Shown here piece by piece: positions 63,835 through 64,000 of a stretch of 64,000 bases of DNA (its first letter is position 1; the number at the start of each line of letters is the position of its first letter). Location of the stretch: positions 64,234,001 through 64,298,000 of the forward strand of contig NC_045707.1 of assembly GCF_009834535.1 (NCBI RefSeq), given 5' to 3'. The translations under genes were made by a program, and so were the position numbers. The stretch is from Camelus ferus (taxonomy: Eukaryota). The notes beneath the pieces were generated by a model that searched no databases, had not been told where the DNA came from, and saw nothing but the letters and a program-made list of their open reading frames with translations.

Positions 63835-64000
63835 CTTAACCTTCTCAGGCTCTCCAGCCCTCCTCAACTCAGGAGTTTCACTGGATTCTGCCTGTGTTTT
63901 CCCTCCCTGCACTGTGAAATGGAAACTTTTGCAAGGCAGTAGACTGGGAAATCGTAGAGCTCACTTACTTGTTTCCCTTCTCTTGGGATCATTGTCCTTT
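63835..64000 (-). mobile_element. Old L1M 5'-end fragment, continuing past the window edge
   Basis: cctcaactcaggag...ctccctgcactg...ggcagtagactggg..atcgtagagctcact..ttgtttcccttctc..gggatcattgtc. Confidence 0.5.

Overview
Mammalian genomic DNA, most likely camelid. The evidence is tRNA-Ala-derived SINEs with a camelid vic-1-type tail and cetartiodactyl-type L1 3' ends, with no Alu, Bov-tA/BovB or PRE-1 seen. Much of the window is interspersed repeat: MIR, L2, old and young L1, MaLR/ERV solo LTRs, and hAT and Tigger DNA-transposon relics. No credible full protein-coding ORF is present; the listed ORFs are repeat-derived or chance. L1 fragments are strongly biased to the minus strand, which suggests intronic sequence of a large + strand gene. 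I could not name that gene; two small candidate + strand exons lie at 16893-16960 and 24704-24757. The most notable structure is a Zaphod-type (hAT-Tip100) transposon at 43952-46238. Its transposase is dead, but its 5' part is the only CpG-island-like segment in the window and carries NRF1, Sp1 and ETS motifs and a splice donor, making it a candidate exapted promoter. Other points of interest are a twin-primed L1 inversion, a possible L1 3' transduction, sequential insertions at one target site and a MER41-like solo LTR. I found no convincing novel multi-gene system. Repeat family names come from recalled consensus sequences, not a database search, and boundaries of old repeats are approximate.
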